From Bacteroidota bacterium (lineage in GTDB: Bacteria; Bacteroidota; Bacteroidia; Flavobacteriales_D; JABDKJ01), in the NCBI GenBank assembly GCA_039028335.1, contig JBCCIF010000005.1:1-60999 (forward strand): a DNA stretch of 60,999 bases, in the 5' to 3' direction. Positions within the stretch are counted from its first letter, which is position 1. Every line of letters begins with the position of its first letter. Positions 39,612 through 49,167 of this stretch are shown here, in pieces. The position numbers and the translations under genes are program-made. The notes under the pieces were generated by a model. It ran no database searches. It was not told the DNA's origin and saw only the letters and a program-made list of their open reading frames with translations.

Positions 39612-40373
39612 CTAAACTTTTTCAGCGAAACGCGCTAGCGTATTTTTGGTGTAATCACTCAAAACCAATTTGCCAGACTTCTCTGCGCGTGATTCAAGCA
39701 AGTCATTCCAATGATCTGTGCCTTGCCAAAAAACTTCCTTAAGCAGGCGCTGCGCTTCTGGATTATTGTTTACCAATGTGTTTGCTAAGTTCATAACAGC
39801 TTCATCCATTTCTTCTGCCGAATCAAAAACGTCTGCATAGAGCCCTTTGGATTTTGCCCATTCAGCAGAGTAAAACGCTGTAGCATTGATGGCCATTTGA
39901 GACATAGCGGACATTCCCACCTTGCGCTCAACAGCTGGTCCAACGACAAAAGGTCCAATACCAACTGCCAATTCTGATAATTTTACAGAAGCAAATTTTG
40001 TAGCAAAGCAATAGTCAACTGCTGAAGCAACGCCTACCCCGCCTCCGACTGCTTTTCCTTGTACTCGACCGATGATCAATTTAGGACAGGTCCGGCAGGC
40101 ATTGATCACATTGGCAAAGCCCATGAAAAATTTCTTACCCGTTTCAAAGTCATTAATGGAAATCAATTCATTGAATGAAGCTCCTGCACAAAAAGTACGC
40201 TCTCCTCCACTTTTCAAAACAATTACCACCACCGATTCATCATTGCCTGCATCTGTAATTGCATTCGCTAAGTCAGCCAGGACATTGCTTGGCAAAGAAT
40301 TGTGTGCAGGGTGAAAAAATTCGATTTCTAAAATGCCTTCGGCAAGCCTTGTTGATTTTACGTAAGCTTCCAT
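39612..40373 (-). CDS. Enoyl-CoA hydratase/isomerase family protein (paa-associated)
   Basis: TFCAGAS, VQGKAVGGGVG, LSELAVGIGP. Confidence 0.9.
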   Translation of the reverse strand: MEAYVKSTRLAEGILEIEFFHPAHNSLPSNVLADLANAITDAGNDESVVVIVLKSGGERTFCAGASFNELISINDFETGKKFFMGFANVINACRTCPKLIIGRVQGKAVGGGVGVASAVDYCFATKFASVKLSELAVGIGPFVVGPAVERKVGMSAMSQMAINATAFYSAEWAKSKGLYADVFDSAEEMDEAVMNLANTLVNNNPEAQRLLKEVFWQGTDHWNDLLESRAEKSGKLVLSDYTKNTLARFAEKV

Positions 40374-40384
40374 ATTCCAATTAT

Positions 40385-42922
40385 CTATTTGGCGTTGTTA
40401 GTTAAAAGATTGAATTGCTCAAAATGATGATGGTAGTGCTTGCGCGCTACCAATTCCCAATGAAAATAATCCAAGTTTCCAAAAGAAGGATGATTGGATG
40501 TATGATCCGGATTTTCTTTAAAATGGAGATGATATGCATCAAATGCCTCCATCAATTTCCCTTTCGCTTCTGACAGGTTAGCGAACTGCAATTCTTTGCT
40601 CGTTTTTACCGTAAAAGGCGCTTCAAAATTGCGAGGGAATCCTCTATAGTTATAAAGTGAATCATGGTATTTCTCTAAATGCTCTTTCGGAGTGATAATC
40701 GGCAATTGTTCTTCCGCAATGATCATATGCAACCAATCGTAAAGATGCTCGACCATAGATTGAGGTGTCATCGTTCCCCATTGAGCAGGACTCTCTTCCG
40801 TCAATCGACCCAAAGCATCCTCCAGGTATTCTCTTGTCGGTTCTTGAAAGGGACATTTCTTTTGAACCATGGTTAAGATGGTTGCAATAGCAGCTAGCTC
40901 ATCGTGCTCATCATAGACCTCAACATACCATTTTACAATTCCTGAAGGAAACTCTTTTCCCTTGACATCCCGATCTACTTTCTCTTTGCACGTTAAACGG
41001 ACATAAACCGTATCATTATGATAGATAGGTCGAACGAATCTGCATTCTTCCAGTCCATAATTCGCTGCGACAGGACCTTTATTGGGATATACAAACAATC
41101 CTGCAGCAGCTGCGAGAATAAAGTAGCCATGAGCAGCTCTCTTCTCAAAAATGCTCCCTTCTAAAGAGGTGATATCTGTATGGGCATAGAAATGATCCCA
41201 AGTGAGATTTGCAAAATTAATAATGTCTGAATCCGTTATTGTTCTCTTGTGTGTTTTCAAGGACATACCCGGTTGAATGTCTTCCCAATGGTATTTGAAT
41301 GGGTGACCTTCAGGCGTTTCTTTGTATTTCGCATTGGCTTGATAGATACCGGTAATCTCGGTAATAGTTGTTGGCGTCCCTTGAATGGCGCATCGTTGCA
41401 AATAATGCTCAACTCCGCGCATACCGCCCATTTCTTCTCCTCCTCCTGCTCTTCCAGGTCCGCCATGCACCAACGTTGGTAAAGGAGAACCATGTCCGGT
41501 GCTGAGTTTCGCGTTTTCTCGGTTCATCACCAAAATTCTTCCGTGATGGCTTGCTGCGCCAACTACAAAATCTCTGGCAATATGATCATTGAAAGTTGCA
41601 ATTGAACAACATAAAGAACCCTTCCCCATTTTTGCCAATTGAATGGCATCGTCCAAGTCCCTATACGGCATTAAGGTGCTTACTGGCCCAAAGGCTTCCA
41701 CGTCATGCACAGCAGTGTTCTTATGGGGATCTTTTTCCAACATCAACAAAGGACTCAAGAATGCGCCTTTTTCTGCATCTGCACCGATTAACTCCACTTC
41801 ATCCAAATTCCCATAAACCAATTCACCTGTTTCACTCAACATAGCAACGCGATCTCTTACTTCAGCTACTTGATCTTTACTCGCCAAAGCACCCATGCGA
41901 ACGTCCTTATTCAAAGGATCTCCAATGGTCACTTTTGAAAGTGCTTTACCTAAGGCAATCTGGACATCTTCAAGTAAATTTTCCGGAACGAAAATTCTTC
42001 GAATAGCTGTACACTTCTGTCCGCACTTCACGGTCATCTCTTTGCGAACTTCCTTTATGAAAAGATCAAACTCAGGTGTTCCTGGCTGGGCATCTTCACC
42101 TAAAATTGAGCAATTCAACGAGTCCGCTTCCATATTAAAAGGAACAGCTTCGTTGATGATTCTTTCATGTGCCTTCAACATACGTCCAGTAGAAGCCGAA
42201 CCGGTGAATGTCACGACATCTTGCGATTCTACATGGTCTAATATGCTATGTGCTGATCCACAAATCAATTGCAAAGCTCCTTCAGGTAGAATGCCCGATT
42301 CAATTATCGCTTTGACCACCACCTCGGTTAAATAAGAAGTTGCTGTGGCAGGCTTTACAACAGCAGGAACTCCAGCCATCCAATTGACTGCGCATTTCTC
42401 CAACATACCCCAAACAGGAAAATTAAAAGCGTTGATGTGAATAGCCACTCCTTCTTTGGGAACCATTATATGATGCCCCATGAATGCTCCACCTCTTGAT
42501 AAATCAATCGGTGCGCCATCGACATGAAAAGTCTGATTCGGAAAATTTCTTCTTAGCGATGCATTGGCAAATAAGTTTCCAAAACCACCTTCGATGTCTA
42601 TCCAAGAATCTACTTTAGTCGCTCCTGTGTGAAAAGACACTTTATAAAATTCATCCTTTCTCTTCATCAGGTACATGGCCAATTTCTTAAGCATGTTTCC
42701 CCTTTGCTGAAAAGTCATCTTTCGCAACGCAAGCCCATGATCTCGTCCATATTGAAGGATATCTCCAAAATTCAATCCTTCCGTTGTTGCAAGCGCCACA
42801 ACATCGCCATTTACGGCATTGTATAAGGGTTTACCTTCCCCTTGACCTTCTGTCCATTGGCCTAAAACATAATTTCCTAATTTCATTTTTGTCGCTGTCA
42901 TTGAAGGTGATTCAGTACTCAT
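40385..42922 (-). CDS. paaZ: PaaZ bifunctional aldehyde dehydrogenase/MaoC hydratase with an extra C-terminal DinB-like domain
   Basis: [47 protein letters not shown]; MaoC DHFYAH...AHGYF; extension WGTMT...EHL...HPSFG...HHHFEQF. Confidence 0.95.
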   Translation of the reverse strand: MSTESPSMTATKMKLGNYVLGQWTEGQGEGKPLYNAVNGDVVALATTEGLNFGDILQYGRDHGLALRKMTFQQRGNMLKKLAMYLMKRKDEFYKVSFHTGATKVDSWIDIEGGFGNLFANASLRRNFPNQTFHVDGAPIDLSRGGAFMGHHIMVPKEGVAIHINAFNFPVWGMLEKCAVNWMAGVPAVVKPATATSYLTEVVVKAIIESGILPEGALQLICGSAHSILDHVESQDVVTFTGSASTGRMLKAHERIINEAVPFNMEADSLNCSILGEDAQPGTPEFDLFIKEVRKEMTVKCGQKCTAIRRIFVPENLLEDVQIALGKALSKVTIGDPLNKDVRMGALASKDQVAEVRDRVAMLSETGELVYGNLDEVELIGADAEKGAFLSPLLMLEKDPHKNTAVHDVEAFGPVSTLMPYRDLDDAIQLAKMGKGSLCCSIATFNDHIARDFVVGAASHHGRILVMNRENAKLSTGHGSPLPTLVHGGPGRAGGGEEMGGMRGVEHYLQRCAIQGTPTTITEITGIYQANAKYKETPEGHPFKYHWEDIQPGMSLKTHKRTITDSDIINFANLTWDHFYAHTDITSLEGSIFEKRAAHGYFILAAAAGLFVYPNKGPVAANYGLEECRFVRPIYHNDTVYVRLTCKEKVDRDVKGKEFPSGIVKWYVEVYDEHDELAAIATILTMVQKKCPFQEPTREYLEDALGRLTEESPAQWGTMTPQSMVEHLYDWLHMIIAEEQLPIITPKEHLEKYHDSLYNYRGFPRNFEAPFTVKTSKELQFANLSEAKGKLMEAFDAYHLHFKENPDHTSNHPSFGNLDYFHWELVARKHYHHHFEQFNLLTNNAK

Positions 42923-44094
42923 TGTTCGATGTGTTGTTCAGTATAAAATTTCTTATTTGCTTTTGCCATAGTGCGCAGCAATCCACAGCATCTATAGCGC
43001 TCTTCATGATAATGTCCATAAAGATCATCTAATCGCTCAACTACTTCGGCTATTCCGATCTCATCTGCCCAAGCCAATAATCCTTTGGGATAATTCACTC
43101 CTTTCGTCATGGCCGTATCGATATCGTCTCTAGACGCGATTCCAAATTGCAATGCATTGGCCGCTTCATCAATCAAGAGGGCCACAATTCTATCCACAAT
43201 TATTTGACCTAAGACGGTATCTTTTTCAGCTTCTGACGTCTCCCCTTCATCGGAATAGTCATAATAGCCGCGCCCCGTTTTTCTTCCATGGTATCCGGCT
43301 TCGCTCAGCCTTTTTTGCGTAAACGAAGGTTTATATCTAGGGTCGTAGTAAAAGGCCGCGAAAACCGTTTCAGTGACCGTATAATTGACATCATTACCAA
43401 TGAAGTCCATCAGTTCAAATGGCCCCATACGGAATCCACCCAGTTCTTTCATCGCCCAATCAATTGTTGCAAAATCGGCTAGGCCTTCTTCGTAAACCCT
43501 CAAGGCCTCGCTATAGAATGGACGCGCTACTTTGTTTACGATGAAGCCCGGAGTATCCTTAGCAATCACCGTCAATTTTTTCCAAGAATCAATAATCGAA
43601 CGTGCCTTCTCTTTGGTTTCTTCCGAAGTCTGGATGGCCGGAATGATCTCCACCAATTTCATCAATGGAACGGGATTGAAAAAGTGAATACCGATGAAAC
43701 GCTCTGGCTTTTCGCAAGCTGCAGCCAATGAAGCAATGGAAAGTGAAGACGTATTTGAAGCAATAATACATTCTTCCGAAACGATGGATTCCAATTCTTG
43801 AAAAACTGATTTTTTAATGTTCAAATCCTCGATAATGGCTTCAATAACCAATCCACAATCTTTCATTTCTTGAAGAGATTGCACGTAAGAGATATTCCCT
43901 TGAATTTTCTCTTTGTCTGTTTCAGAAATGCGTTCTTTCTCAATCAAGCGATTAAGTACTTTATCCAATTTGGCCGCGCTTTTTTCTAAAGCTGAGGCAT
44001 TGGTATCATACACTAAAACTGGATGACCAAAAGTAGCTGCTACTTGTGCAATGCCACTTCCCATTGTTCCAGATCCAATTACTCCTACTTTCAT
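42919..44094 (-). CDS. paaH: 3-hydroxyacyl-CoA dehydrogenase
   Basis: GSGTMGSGIA, EAIIE, SNTSSL, HFFNP, PGFIVN, MGPF; ATG 44094. Confidence 0.9.
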   Translation of the reverse strand: MKVGVIGSGTMGSGIAQVAATFGHPVLVYDTNASALEKSAAKLDKVLNRLIEKERISETDKEKIQGNISYVQSLQEMKDCGLVIEAIIEDLNIKKSVFQELESIVSEECIIASNTSSLSIASLAAACEKPERFIGIHFFNPVPLMKLVEIIPAIQTSEETKEKARSIIDSWKKLTVIAKDTPGFIVNKVARPFYSEALRVYEEGLADFATIDWAMKELGGFRMGPFELMDFIGNDVNYTVTETVFAAFYYDPRYKPSFTQKRLSEAGYHGRKTGRGYYDYSDEGETSEAEKDTVLGQIIVDRIVALLIDEAANALQFGIASRDDIDTAMTKGVNYPKGLLAWADEIGIAEVVERLDDLYGHYHEERYRCCGLLRTMAKANKKFYTEQHIEQ

Positions 44095-44098
44095 ATTC

Positions 44099-44131
44099 AA
44101 TCAAAATCAAAATGAGAATCAAAATTAAAAT
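44099..44131. repeat. Left arm of a 33-bp inverted repeat flanking the OmpA-like gene
   Basis: aatcaaaatcaaaatgagaatcaaaattaaaat; 32/33 reverse complement of 44976-45008. Confidence 0.9.
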
Positions 44132-44219
44132 CAAAAAGTAATTTGACCCTAAGTTGTAAGTGTTGAGTGCTAAATGTTAAGCGAGTATTCAATTTATTTT
44201 TTTTATGCTGAATTCTTAT

Positions 44220-44942
44220 TTATTCATCCCAAGATAAAACCGAAATTTCAGTCCGTTGATTTTTCCTTTTTGCCTCAGATTGTAAATCATCAGGCAATTC
44301 TTCGACTTCTTTTCTAGACCAAACTGGATGTGTATGACCAAAAATGAAAACCTTGAATTTTTCCGGATGTTTATACTCTTTGAAAATATATTCCAGCACC
44401 ACTTCAGTTCTTTCTTTGGATATTCTTTGCGCTTCATTAAATCCAGAGTGCCCTCCTATTGACCAAGTTATCGATGGATTATCTTCGAATACCTGAATCA
44501 ACGTGTCCAAAGTCTTTCTCGTAAGAAAATTTAGTTCGCTTGAATTAAAATCAAATAATACTTCAGAAAGAAATGGAGGATGTGAAACTAAACATTCGGA
44601 CAAAATGAATTCAATTACATAAATTCTGGATTCCGATGCTATTTCTACTTCAATCTCTTCAACTGCCTTCAAGTAATCTTTTCCTACAGCCTCAATTCTA
44701 TATTTTTTCCCTTTTTCAAGAGTGGTTTGTATGGATGAATTCAAGCTGTCTTCAAAAACTATACGCTGATCTTCTAGGTTTATTACGGTTATTTTGAAAC
44801 CCTTTAATTCATTACCCGACTTACTAATAACTTTTGATTCCAATTGGAAAAACTGCGAATCATTTTCTTGACCCAGAATTCGGTCTGCATGGATTATAGA
44901 AAATACTAGAATTAAGAGAATATGTAATATACTGTTTTTCAT
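44220..44942 (-). CDS. OmpA-family protein inserted in the paa operon
   Basis: Signal peptide; VLFDFNSSEL...LDTLIQVFEDNP...IGGHS...SKERTEVV...NQRTEI. Confidence 0.8.
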   Translation of the reverse strand: MKNSILHILLILVFSIIHADRILGQENDSQFFQLESKVISKSGNELKGFKITVINLEDQRIVFEDSLNSSIQTTLEKGKKYRIEAVGKDYLKAVEEIEVEIASESRIYVIEFILSECLVSHPPFLSEVLFDFNSSELNFLTRKTLDTLIQVFEDNPSITWSIGGHSGFNEAQRISKERTEVVLEYIFKEYKHPEKFKVFIFGHTHPVWSRKEVEELPDDLQSEAKRKNQRTEISVLSWDE

Positions 44943-44975
44943 TCCTCAAATTTGAGCTCTCGACTACAATCTAAT

Positions 44976-45008
44976 ATTTTGATTTTGATTCTCATTTTGA
45001 TTTTGATT
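44976..45008. repeat. Right arm of the 33-bp inverted repeat, overlapping the paaD stop
   Basis: attttgattttgattctcattttgattttgatt. Confidence 0.9.
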
Positions 45009-45495
45009 ATTTCAGACATTTAAAATAATCAAAAGGCTCTAAACAATCCTTGCATTGAAAAAGCGCTTTGCATGCAGTCGACCCAAACTGGCTGACTAAT
45101 TTTGTATTTTTCGAACCACACAAAGTGCATTTTACGTGATGCGAATCTCCCAACAAAGCCTGTTTATCCGCACTTTCTTCGAGAGGAGCTGCGATTCCAT
45201 ATTCTTCTAAAGCTTTGCGACCTCTTTCAGTAATCCAATCAGTCGTCCAAGCAGGTGCCAATACCAATTCCACTTCCGACTCGAATTGATGTTCGGCCAG
45301 TATTCTTTCAATGTCATCACCAATAACATCCATAGCAGGACAGCCAGAATATGTGGGTGTGATCTTTACTTTTACTTTTTTGCTCTCAACTTGAACATCT
45401 CTGACTACACCCATATCCATAATAGACAGTACTGGAATCTCAGGGTCATGCACTTGAGCCAATAGCGTTTTGATATGATCTACACTCACTACCAT
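45007..45495 (-). CDS. paaD: Phenylacetyl-CoA epoxidase subunit PaaD
   Basis: DPEIPVLSI, TPTYSGCPAM, PAWTTDWI, CxxC...SQFGSTACKAL...EPFDYFKC; ATG 45495 overlaps the paaC stop. Confidence 0.95.
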   Translation of the reverse strand: MVVSVDHIKTLLAQVHDPEIPVLSIMDMGVVRDVQVESKKVKVKITPTYSGCPAMDVIGDDIERILAEHQFESEVELVLAPAWTTDWITERGRKALEEYGIAAPLEESADKQALLGDSHHVKCTLCGSKNTKLVSQFGSTACKALFQCKDCLEPFDYFKCLK

Positions 45496-46241
45496 TCCAT
45501 ATTGGGATAGGCTCTTTGCATGTATTGCAATTCGGAAAGAATGTATCCCATATTCTCTGAATGCATACCTTTTTTGCCATTGCACCTTCTCCATTTTTTT
45601 TCTGGAATTTCGAGTGTTGCTTCTTTCAATAAACCATCCACTCTTTCGAAATAGGGTTTCTCAATGGTCTTGATATCTCCACCAATTCCTTCTTCACGCA
45701 TATTCTTTTCCAATTCGCTTTCATCAAACAATTCACCTACAAATGGATATAAATGATTGATTGCGTCCTGCATTTTTGAATGGCTTATTTCGGTTCCGTC
45801 TCCGAGCCTTTTCACCCATTCTGAAGAGAAACGCTCATGATAACTGACTTCTTTTATTGCCTTATTGGCAATAGCTGAAATCGTTTCATCTTTGCTATTT
45901 AACAGCTGCTTAACCAATGCCAATTGATAAACATCGAATAAAAACTGTCTTGCAATAACATGCGCAAAATCAGTATTGGGCTGTTCCAACAGAAGGACAT
46001 TGGTGTATTGCCTTTCATTTCTCAAAAATGCAATGTCATCTTCCGTCTTTCCATCATCCGCTAACTTGGCAGCGTATTGAAAGTAATTCCTTACTTGTCC
46101 ATAACAGTCCAAGGAAATATTCGTCAATGCAATGTCCGTTTCTAAATTGGGTCCATGCCCGCATAATTCAGACAAACGATGTCCAAGGATCAGTGAGTTA
46201 TCTCCCAACAGCAAAATATAATCGTAAAGTTTGCTCATCAA
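45489..46241 (-). CDS. paaC: Phenylacetyl-CoA epoxidase subunit PaaC
   Basis: GDNSLILGHRLSELCGHGP, EQPNTDFA, KEVSYH, RLGDGT, QRAYP. Confidence 0.96.
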   Translation of the reverse strand: MMSKLYDYILLLGDNSLILGHRLSELCGHGPNLETDIALTNISLDCYGQVRNYFQYAAKLADDGKTEDDIAFLRNERQYTNVLLLEQPNTDFAHVIARQFLFDVYQLALVKQLLNSKDETISAIANKAIKEVSYHERFSSEWVKRLGDGTEISHSKMQDAINHLYPFVGELFDESELEKNMREEGIGGDIKTIEKPYFERVDGLLKEATLEIPEKKWRRCNGKKGMHSENMGYILSELQYMQRAYPNMEW

Positions 46242-46522
46242 ATGTGTTTTAACTCTTCAGGTAAATCATAAAACGTTGGGTGGCGATATACTTTGTCTTT
46301 CGCAGGTTCAAACATTTCTCCGTTGTCCGCTGGATTGGAAGCATGAATGTTTCTTGACTCAATTACCCATAGGCTGACGCCTTCCATTCTTCTGGTATAG
46401 ACATCTCGTGCATTTTCCATTGCCATTTCAGCATCTGCGGCATGTAAGCTTCCCACATGTCTGTGTTCCAAACCGTTTTTAGACCTTACAAAGATCTCCC
46501 AGATTGGCCATTCTTTTTTCAT
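46238..46522 (-). CDS. paaB: Phenylacetyl-CoA epoxidase subunit PaaB
   Basis: WPIWEIFVR, HVGSLHA, ARDVYTRR, KVYRHPTFY. Confidence 0.96.
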   Translation of the reverse strand: MKKEWPIWEIFVRSKNGLEHRHVGSLHAADAEMAMENARDVYTRRMEGVSLWVIESRNIHASNPADNGEMFEPAKDKVYRHPTFYDLPEELKHI

Positions 46523-46548
46523 AGTGATAATGTTATATGGTTATAGAG

Positions 46549-46926
46549 CTACAAAGACTTCGACTTCTGCTTTTTTAAATAACTGATATAACCGTTCATA
46601 ATTCTTTCTATTTTATCGATTTGCACCTTCATCAGTTCAAATGTATTCTCTGTTATCAACTCACAATCCAGCGCATCCGTTAAGTGATTCAATGTTTCTG
46701 TGAGAGATCCTCGAGCCATTCTAGTAAATTGAATGTTTTCTTGAAAATGGTAACGGCCATGGCCCTCAGCTAGGTTTGCACAGATGGATCTTGTGCTCCG
46801 TATCATTTGGTCAACCATCCTGAATTTCTCTTCATTCGGGAATTTTTTGGTCAGGTCATAGATTTCCTTGCGAAGTTTTCGTGACTCTTTCCATACTTCC
46901 AATTCTGTGAATTTTAGATACGCCAT
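46549..46926 (-). CDS. Four helix bundle protein (23S rRNA intervening-sequence protein family)
   Basis: ELEVWKES, FPNEEKFRMVDQMIRSTRSICANLAEG, ARGSLTE; lies between paaA and paaB. Confidence 0.93.
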   Translation of the reverse strand: MAYLKFTELEVWKESRKLRKEIYDLTKKFPNEEKFRMVDQMIRSTRSICANLAEGHGRYHFQENIQFTRMARGSLTETLNHLTDALDCELITENTFELMKVQIDKIERIMNGYISYLKKQKSKSL

Positions 46927-46968
46927 TCCATATAACCTTTTAACTCTATAACCTAGTATCCATGAGCA

Positions 46969-47922
46969 TTAAGCACTCTTTGCCATGTGCTCTTTCTTCA
47001 ATTCTTGCTTCTCGGCATAGGCCACCGCAGCATCTCTCACCCATGTCCCTTCTTCCCACGCTTTAACCCTCGCTCCCAATCGCTCCTTGTTGCATGGACC
47101 ATTTCCTTTGACTACTTCCCAAAACTCCTCCCAGTCAATTTCACCAAAATCATAATGCCCTCTTTCCTCATTCCATTTTAAATCAGGGTCGGGAACAGTT
47201 AAGCCTAAATATTCTGCTTGTGGAACAGTAATGTCAACAAATTGCTGTCGCAATTCATCGTTCGTCTTTCTTTTGATCTTCCATTTCATGGCCTGTTCTG
47301 TGTGCGGTGAATCCTCATCTCTTGGTCCAAACATCATAAGCGATGGCCACCAAAATCGATTCAATGCATCTTGGGCCATTTCTTTTTGCTCTGGCGTTCC
47401 TTGCGCCAGACCAATCATAATTTCATATCCCTGTCTTTGATGAAAAGACTCTTCTTTGCAAATCCTCACCATAGCTCTGGCATAGGGACCGAAAGAAGTT
47501 CTGGTCAACATAACTTGATTGATAATGGCTGCTCCATCGACCAACCAACCGATAGCTCCAATGTCGGCCCAAGAAAGCGTAGGGTAATTGAAAATCGAAG
47601 AATATTTCGCTTTTCCGGTATGAAGCTGATCAAACAATTCGTCCCGAGAAATCCCTAAAGTCTCCGCTGCAGAATACAAATAAAGACCATGTCCTGCTTC
47701 ATCTTGCACCTTGGCCAACAAGCCCACTTTTCTTCGAAGATTTGGTGCGCGAGTTATCCAGTTTCCTTCTGGTAGCATCCCCACAATCTCGGAATGTGCA
47801 TGTTGAGAAATCTGACGGATATGTGTTTTTCTATACTTTTCCGGCATCCAGTCTTTTGGCTCGATATTCTCGCCTTGATCAATACGCGATTGGAATAGTT
47901 CGTCTAAATTCACTTCTTTCAT
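46969..47922 (-). CDS. paaA: Phenylacetyl-CoA epoxidase subunit PaaA
   Basis: [43 protein letters not shown]. Confidence 0.97.
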   Translation of the reverse strand: MKEVNLDELFQSRIDQGENIEPKDWMPEKYRKTHIRQISQHAHSEIVGMLPEGNWITRAPNLRRKVGLLAKVQDEAGHGLYLYSAAETLGISRDELFDQLHTGKAKYSSIFNYPTLSWADIGAIGWLVDGAAIINQVMLTRTSFGPYARAMVRICKEESFHQRQGYEIMIGLAQGTPEQKEMAQDALNRFWWPSLMMFGPRDEDSPHTEQAMKWKIKRKTNDELRQQFVDITVPQAEYLGLTVPDPDLKWNEERGHYDFGEIDWEEFWEVVKGNGPCNKERLGARVKAWEEGTWVRDAAVAYAEKQELKKEHMAKSA

Positions 47923-47933
47923 AAAATCTTCAT

Positions 47934-49001
47934 TTAATTGTCAAAATCGACCACCACCTTATCTGAGCAAGGAATGGCCTGACACGTTAATACATAACCC
48001 GCTTCTACTTCCTCTTGTTCTAGGGCATAATTCAGTTCCATTTTCACTTCCCCTTCAATCACCTTGGCCTTGCATGTGCTGCATACACCGCCTTTACATG
48101 CAAAAGGGAGATCTGCCGAATTAGCCAAAGCTGCGTCAAGGATATTATTGGATCCTTGATGAATAACAAAATTAAAGGAGTTGGCTCCATCCAAAATCGT
48201 CACATCTGATTTCAAACCTACCATTTCATCTTTAATGATTCTTTCACCCTTTTTTCTTTCAGGTGAGCCGAATAATTCAAAATGAATATGCTTTGTATCA
48301 AAGTTCTTCAATTCTAAATAATCCTTCACCATAAATATCATTTCTTCTGGACCGCAAATGAAAATATCGTCCATGGTTTCGACCGGTGTCAAATCTCGGA
48401 AGATCACTTCCAACTTTTCTTGATCTAATCTACCATTGTATAATTCAACGCCTCTTTTCTGCTTTGTTAAAAAATGGAAGACCTCAAATCGCTCCATAAA
48501 TCGATTCTTGAGCGCTTCAATCTCCTCCTTAAGAATTATTGAACCAACTGTTTGATTGATGTAGAAAAGATTAAATGTTGCATTCGGCTCTGCTTCTAGA
48601 TGTGTCTTGATAATAGAAAAAATAGGTGTGATACCGCTACCAGCAGCTATTGCCACATAATTTCTCTTAGATTTTGGATCGCATTCAACAAAGAAATTCC
48701 CATTGGGAGCCATGACATCAAGTTCATCTCCTATTTGAAGTTTTTCATTTGCAAAAGTACTGAACTTGCCTCCCGGGACTTTTTTAATACCCACGCTCCA
48801 TTGACTGTCATGTGGACTCGTGCACAAAGAATAGGAACGTTGAACACTTTCACCATTTATTTCTGCCCTTAATGTTAAATATTGCCCTTGTTTAAAGGCA
48901 AATTCATCAGCTAAACCATTGACTTCAAAAGAAATGATACTGCAATCATTTGTTGTCTTCTCAATATTCGAAATTTTTAAGGTATGAAATCTTGAGCCCA
49001 T
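47934..49001 (-). CDS. paaE: Phenylacetyl-CoA epoxidase reductase PaaE
   Basis: [19 protein letters not shown], 2Fe-2[10 protein letters not shown]...LTCQ. Confidence 0.93.
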   Translation of the reverse strand: MGSRFHTLKISNIEKTTNDCSIISFEVNGLADEFAFKQGQYLTLRAEINGESVQRSYSLCTSPHDSQWSVGIKKVPGGKFSTFANEKLQIGDELDVMAPNGNFFVECDPKSKRNYVAIAAGSGITPIFSIIKTHLEAEPNATFNLFYINQTVGSIILKEEIEALKNRFMERFEVFHFLTKQKRGVELYNGRLDQEKLEVIFRDLTPVETMDDIFICGPEEMIFMVKDYLELKNFDTKHIHFELFGSPERKKGERIIKDEMVGLKSDVTILDGANSFNFVIHQGSNNILDAALANSADLPFACKGGVCSTCKAKVIEGEVKMELNYALEQEEVEAGYVLTCQAIPCSDKVVVDFDN

Positions 49002-49023
49002 AAACTATCAATAGATAGAACGA

Positions 49024-49041
49024 AACTAACAATTGTTAGTT
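49024..49041. promoter_or_regulatory. Perfect 18-bp palindrome, putative TetR (PaaR) operator of the paa operon
   Basis: AACTAACAATTGTTAGTT, 22 nt upstream of the paaE ATG. Confidence 0.75.
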
Positions 49042-49167
49042 ACATTTCCAAATTAATCTGATTCGACCTGAACCAAGGAATTTGCAAGCGATTAAAATTT
49101 GAGGCAAAGACTGGACTCGTCTTCTATATTCTTCTAGCTTCGCAGCTTTTTTTAATAAAGCGTCTCA

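Noticed and set aside
44099-45008. Classical IS or composite transposon
   Set aside because: No transposase, low-complexity arms and no evident target-site duplication.
45496-45594. N-terminal extension of PaaD
   Set aside because: It lies within paaC; ATG 45495 at the paaC stop is the natural coupled start.
46549-46926. Diversity-generating retroelement (Avd-like gene)
   Set aside because: No reverse transcriptase and no TR/VR pair with adenine-specific mismatches seen in the window.
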